Part shown: positions 28,483-32,000 of the stretch, one piece after another
How the letters are laid out: each line of letters opens with the position of its first letter
Numbering within the stretch: position 1 is the stretch's first letter
NCBI GenBank assembly: GCA_001695645.1
Contig: LVZN01000019.1
Span: 2,667-34,666, forward strand
DNA: 32,000 nucleotides
Direction: 5' to 3'
From: Erysipelotrichaceae bacterium MTC7
GTDB lineage: Bacteria > Bacillota_I > Bacilli_A > Erysipelotrichales > Erysipelotrichaceae
The notes under the pieces: model-generated
Told to the model about the DNA's origin: nothing
Databases searched by the model: none
The model's input: only the letters and a program-made list of their open reading frames with translations
Program-made: the position numbers and the translations under genes

Positions 28483-29265
28483 ATGGAATTACAAGTTTAC
28501 AAAAATGCAGAGTTTGGCTCTGTACGTACTACAACGATTGCTGGTCAACCTTATTTTGTAGGTAAGGATGTAGCTGATATTCTCGGCTACTCAAATACTC
28601 GCAAAGCTTTGATCGACCATGTTGACAAAGAGGACAAGGATGACGTAACGATTCGTGACGCCATCGGAAGAAATCAAACGATGACTGCTATCAATGAATC
28701 CGGTCTTTATAGCCTCATCCTCTCAAGCAAGATGCCGAATGCTAAAAAGTTTAAGCGATGGGTGACAAACGAAGTCCTCCCTGCTATTCGGAAACATGGA
28801 CTTTATGCAACAGATGATTTAATCGCAAATCCAGACCTTGCCATTGCTGCATTTACTGCATTAAAAGAGGAACGTGAAAAAAACAAGGAACTGATGGCGG
28901 CCGTTGCGATTGGTCAGCAGCAGATTGCCGAGATGAAACCCAAGGCTACTTACTATGATGTGGTTCTTAAATGCAGGGATGCAGTCAATATCTCTGTGAT
29001 TGCCAAAGATTACGGCTGGAGTGCCATGCGCATGAACGAATACCTTCATGAAAAAGGCATTCAGTACAAACAAGGAACTATTTGGCTTCTCTATCAAAAG
29101 TATGCTCCAAATGGATATACCAAAACCAACACTCATATTTACGAAGATAGTAAGGGTATCCAACATACGAAAGTGCACACCAAGTGGACGCAAAAAGGCA
29201 GACTCTTTATCTATGAACAGTTAAAAGCCGACGGTATTTACCCGCAAATTGAGATGGAGGTGTGA
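28483..29265 (+). CDS. Bro-N / KilAC-domain phage antirepressor-like protein
   Basis: N-terminus FGSVRTTTIAGQPYFVGKDVADILGY...ESGLYSLILSSKMPNAKKFKRWVTNEVLPAIRKHG is the Bro-N domain. The C-terminus is KilAC-like (ISVIAKDYGWSAMRMNEYLHEKGIQY). Confidence 0.85.
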   Translation: MELQVYKNAEFGSVRTTTIAGQPYFVGKDVADILGYSNTRKALIDHVDKEDKDDVTIRDAIGRNQTMTAINESGLYSLILSSKMPNAKKFKRWVTNEVLPAIRKHGLYATDDLIANPDLAIAAFTALKEEREKNKELMAAVAIGQQQIAEMKPKATYYDVVLKCRDAVNISVIAKDYGWSAMRMNEYLHEKGIQYKQGTIWLLYQKYAPNGYTKTNTHIYEDSKGIQHTKVHTKWTQKGRLFIYEQLKADGIYPQIEMEV

Positions 29266-29266
29266 T

Positions 29267-29701
29267 ATGGGAATCAATATGAAAAATGCAGAAGGGTATT
29301 ATGACCCAACTCCCCATAAAGCACTTAGCAATATATCCCGTGAGGAAAAGGCAGCAGCAAAAGCTGCCTTTAAGCCCCTTGTCTATATTTGCTCTCCATT
29401 TAGTGGCGATATTGATAACAACAATAAGCGCACACGAGTATTTTGCCGTTTTGCTTTAGATAAGGGCAATATTCCGCTTGCTCCTCACCTTCTATTTCCA
29501 CAGTTTATGGATGACAGCAATGAGAAAGAACGTGAGCTCGCTATTTTTATGGATATTATCCTGATGGGCAAATGCCAAGAGGTCTGGGTTCTAGGTGATG
29601 TTATCTCAAGAGGCATGAGTATTGAAATTGAAAAAGCAAAGAAACGCAGACAGCCGGTCAGATACTTTAATAAAGATTTCAAGGAGGTAGAGTCTCTATG
29701 A
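29267..29701 (+). CDS. DUF4406 / nucleoside 2-deoxyribosyltransferase-like protein
   Basis: LVYICSPFSGD...APHLLFPQFMDD...VWVLGDVISRGMSIEIEKA resembles this Rossmann-like family. Preferred start is the ATG at 29267 after GGAGGTG. The stop overlaps the next start (ATGA). Confidence 0.5.
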   Translation: MGINMKNAEGYYDPTPHKALSNISREEKAAAKAAFKPLVYICSPFSGDIDNNNKRTRVFCRFALDKGNIPLAPHLLFPQFMDDSNEKERELAIFMDIILMGKCQEVWVLGDVISRGMSIEIEKAKKRRQPVRYFNKDFKEVESL

Positions 29702-32000
29702 AGATAGCATATGGCAACAGCCGAATGGATAAGAAATGGAAAAACACAGACATCAGCTGGGAGGACTTTTGCTCCAGGGTTAAGACCACACAGCGTACTA
29801 CTGAAACCGTAGAAGAATATCGGAAAATGAGAAAAGGTGGTCAAGATTCCATTAAAGATGTCGGTGGTTTTGTTGGGGGTCACTTAAAAGATGGCAGACG
29901 TAAAAAAGGAAATGTTCTATCTCGTTCTATGCTCACCCTTGATATGGATTATGGCACAAGTACTATCTGGGAAGAAATCTCTACCTTCTTCCCTTATCAG
30001 TGCTGTATTTATTCCACGCATAAGCATACCCCGGAAAATCCAAGGCTTAGGCTGATCATTCCTCTCTTACGTGATGTGGGAGAGGAAGAGTATGCTGCTG
30101 TTAGTCGCATGGTCGCAAAAGAAATAGGCATCGACCTTTTTGATGATACGACCTATGAACCGGAACGATTAATGTATTGGCCGTCTACCTCAAGAAACGG
30201 CATTTTTGTGTATGAAGAGAAAGATGGCTCCATTCTTGATCCTGATGAATTTCTAAATAAATACGATGATTGGCGAGACACCAGTACTTGGCCCGTATCC
30301 TCTAGGCAGTCAGAAGTACTTGATCGCTCATTAAAGGAACAAGCCGATCCACTTTCAAAAGAGGGAGTTATCGGTACTTTTTGTCGTAGCTACTCAGTAA
30401 GCACTGCAATCGATACGTTCTTAAAGGATATATACGAGCCTTCAGCAATAACTGGTCGCTATGATTATATCCCGGCTGATTCTAGTGCCGGGGTTATCCT
30501 CTATGATGATAAGTTTGCCTATTCCCACCACGCAACAGATCCTGCAAGTGGGCGGCTTCTTAATGCTTTTGACCTTGTTCGCATTCACAAGTTTGGCAAT
30601 TTAGATGATCGAGCGACAGAAAGCACACCTCCAAGCAAACTACCATCCTTTATCAATATGTGCGAATTTGCTATCCAAGACGATAAAGTAAAAGCACAGT
30701 TTACGAAAGAGCGGATGGAGCAGGCAACGATTGATTTTACGGAGGATAATTGGCAGATAGCACTGGAACTAGATAAACAAGGAAAGATTAAAGACACCTT
30801 AGATAATATCGTTCTCATCATCCGCAATGATTCAGAACTAGAATCCATTGCTTTTAATAAGCACCGTGATGGAATCGATGCAAGAGACGGACTGCCATGG
30901 GAACAGATGAAGGGCGGCTGGAATGATTCAGACAATGCGGCCCTTAAAGTTTATCTATCTAATAAATACGGCATCTACTCCCCAACCAAAACAAAGGACG
31001 CAATACTAGCAGTCGCAGCAGAGCGATCTTATCATCCCATCAAGGAATACCTTGATCATTTATCAGAGTGGGATGGAATTGACCGCGTTGAAACCTTGTT
31101 GATTGATTATTTTAATGCAACAGATAATTCCTATACCAGAGCCGTTACTAGAAAAATGATGGTGGCAGCAGTCGCTAGAATTGTTGATCCTGGTACTAAA
31201 TTCGACAGCGTTTTAATTCTAAATGGACCACAAGGAATCGGTAAGTCTACCTTCTTTGCAAAGCTTGCAGGCGATTGGTTTTCTGATAGTTTGACACTTA
31301 CTGATATGAAAGATAAGTCAGGACCAGAAAAACTCCAAGGTTACTGGATCTTAGAATTAGGCGAACTAGCTGGAATGCGAAAGACTGATGTGGAGGTTGT
31401 GAAATCCTTTATTTCAAGATCGGATGATAAATACCGTGCCAGTTATGGGGTGAATGTTGAAAGCCACCCCCGTCAATGTATCATTGTCGGCTCTACCAAT
31501 GCAGAAAGTGGATTTTTGCGAGACATCACGGGTAACCGAAGATTCTGGCCAGTGCGTATTAGTGGTGACGGTAAAAGAAAAGCATGGCAGATGTCCGTAT
31601 ACGATGTAGAGCAGATTTGGGCAGAAACTTTGGTGCTGTATGGCCGAGGTGAAAAGCTCTATTTAGAGGGCAGTGATGTAGAGTTGGCAACGAATGAGCA
31701 GGCAGATGCCATGGAGAGTGATGAGCGAGAAGGGCTTGTTCGCACTTACCTCGATACACTTTTACCCGATGACTGGAATGACCTGTCCTTATACGAGCGA
31801 AGAAACTACCTAAACGGTAGTGAATTTGGTGGGGAATCCCGTGTCGGTACGGTTGAACGTACGCTTGTTTGCAATATGGAAATTTGGTGCGAATGCTTTG
31901 GAAGGGATGCCTCCGCCATGAAGCCTGCGGACTCCTATGCCATTGCAGGCATTATGAAAAAGATTAATGGGTGGAACAAGTACCAAGGGAACAAGAACGG
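29698..32000 (+). CDS. VirE-family primase-helicase (N-terminal primase-like region plus P-loop NTPase), 3' partial
   Basis: Open frame from ATG 29698 to the window end, so it is absent from the ORF track: MKIAYGNSRMDKKWKNTDISWEDF... Walker A LILNGPQGIGKSTFFAKL, Walker B YWILELGELAGM, then RASYGVNVESHPRQCIIVGSTN, typical of virulence-associated protein E replicases of phages and islands. Confidence 0.85.
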   Translation, partial: MKIAYGNSRMDKKWKNTDISWEDFCSRVKTTQRTTETVEEYRKMRKGGQDSIKDVGGFVGGHLKDGRRKKGNVLSRSMLTLDMDYGTSTIWEEISTFFPYQCCIYSTHKHTPENPRLRLIIPLLRDVGEEEYAAVSRMVAKEIGIDLFDDTTYEPERLMYWPSTSRNGIFVYEEKDGSILDPDEFLNKYDDWRDTSTWPVSSRQSEVLDRSLKEQADPLSKEGVIGTFCRSYSVSTAIDTFLKDIYEPSAITGRYDYIPADSSAGVILYDDKFAYSHHATDPASGRLLNAFDLVRIHKFGNLDDRATESTPPSKLPSFINMCEFAIQDDKVKAQFTKERMEQATIDFTEDNWQIALELDKQGKIKDTLDNIVLIIRNDSELESIAFNKHRDGIDARDGLPWEQMKGGWNDSDNAALKVYLSNKYGIYSPTKTKDAILAVAAERSYHPIKEYLDHLSEWDGIDRVETLLIDYFNATDNSYTRAVTRKMMVAAVARIVDPGTKFDSVLILNGPQGIGKSTFFAKLAGDWFSDSLTLTDMKDKSGPEKLQGYWILELGELAGMRKTDVEVVKSFISRSDDKYRASYGVNVESHPRQCIIVGSTNAESGFLRDITGNRRFWPVRISGDGKRKAWQMSVYDVEQIWAETLVLYGRGEKLYLEGSDVELATNEQADAMESDEREGLVRTYLDTLLPDDWNDLSLYERRNYLNGSEFGGESRVGTVERTLVCNMEIWCECFGRDASAMKPADSYAIAGIMKKINGWNKYQGNKN

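Larger units (their letters stand above)
19473..32000. mobile_element. Accessory genomic island (defence cargo plus mobile-element genes) abutting the 3' end of the rRNA methyltransferase gene; right end outside the window
   Basis: Abrupt change from conserved housekeeping synteny to R-M, ATPase-system and phage/ICE-like genes. Composition differs from the core on both sides: very AT-rich at 19.8-27.2 kb, then more GC-rich. Confidence 0.6.
27574..32000. mobile_element. Distinct, more GC-rich element segment (sigma-like, Bro/KilAC, DUF4406-like, VirE replicase)
   Basis: Spot counts of 60-nt lines give about 40-48% G+C here against about 23% inside the methylase gene. The gene content is typical of satellite or integrative elements. 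No recombinase is in the window. Confidence 0.55.

Noticed and set aside
29249-29266. Upstream start (MRWRCD...) for the DUF4406-like ORF
   Set aside because: It overlaps the end of the Bro/KilAC gene. The ATG at 29267 follows GGAGGTG at proper spacing.
28861-31759. Minus-strand ORFs (110, 132, 116 and 66 aa) inside the Bro, DUF4406-like and VirE genes
   Set aside because: They are antisense to clearly recognisable coding regions, have no RBS and show no domain signatures.

Overview
Low-GC Bacillota-type chromosome segment; all family assignments come from motif and architecture recognition by eye, not from searches. Positions 1-19.5 kb are housekeeping genes. They comprise a ktrA/trkA-like 3' end, an Nfu-like protein, an S1-domain protein, pgi, a CpXC protein, and ArsR plus a P1B metal ATPase. 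Next come two LCP paralogues, the Bacillus-like block pcrA-ligA-camS/yerH-like-gatCAB, a membrane protein and a RumA/RlmD-type 23S rRNA m5U methyltransferase. Right after that gene's stop (19472) the DNA becomes accessory and stays so to the window end. Part (i) is a very AT-rich FokI-like Type IIS restriction-modification pair: a fused two-domain adenine methylase and a convergent endonuclease. Part (ii) is co-directional with the endonuclease and tightly packed against it: a small XRE HTH gene plus a three-gene operon with ABC-3C / Lamassu-family architecture. That operon encodes a 333-aa protein with an unassigned N-terminal domain, a 160-aa winged-helix-like middle protein, and a 609-aa Rad50/SMC-like ABC ATPase with a CxxC hook. 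It is the best candidate for an uncharacterised system here. Part (iii) follows a hairpin-dense non-coding stretch and a visible rise in G+C near 27.6 kb. It is part of a different mobile element: a sigma-region-4-like regulator, a Bro-N/KilAC antirepressor, a DUF4406-like protein and a VirE-type primase-helicase cut by the window end. No rRNA, tRNA, CRISPR array or recombinase gene was seen.
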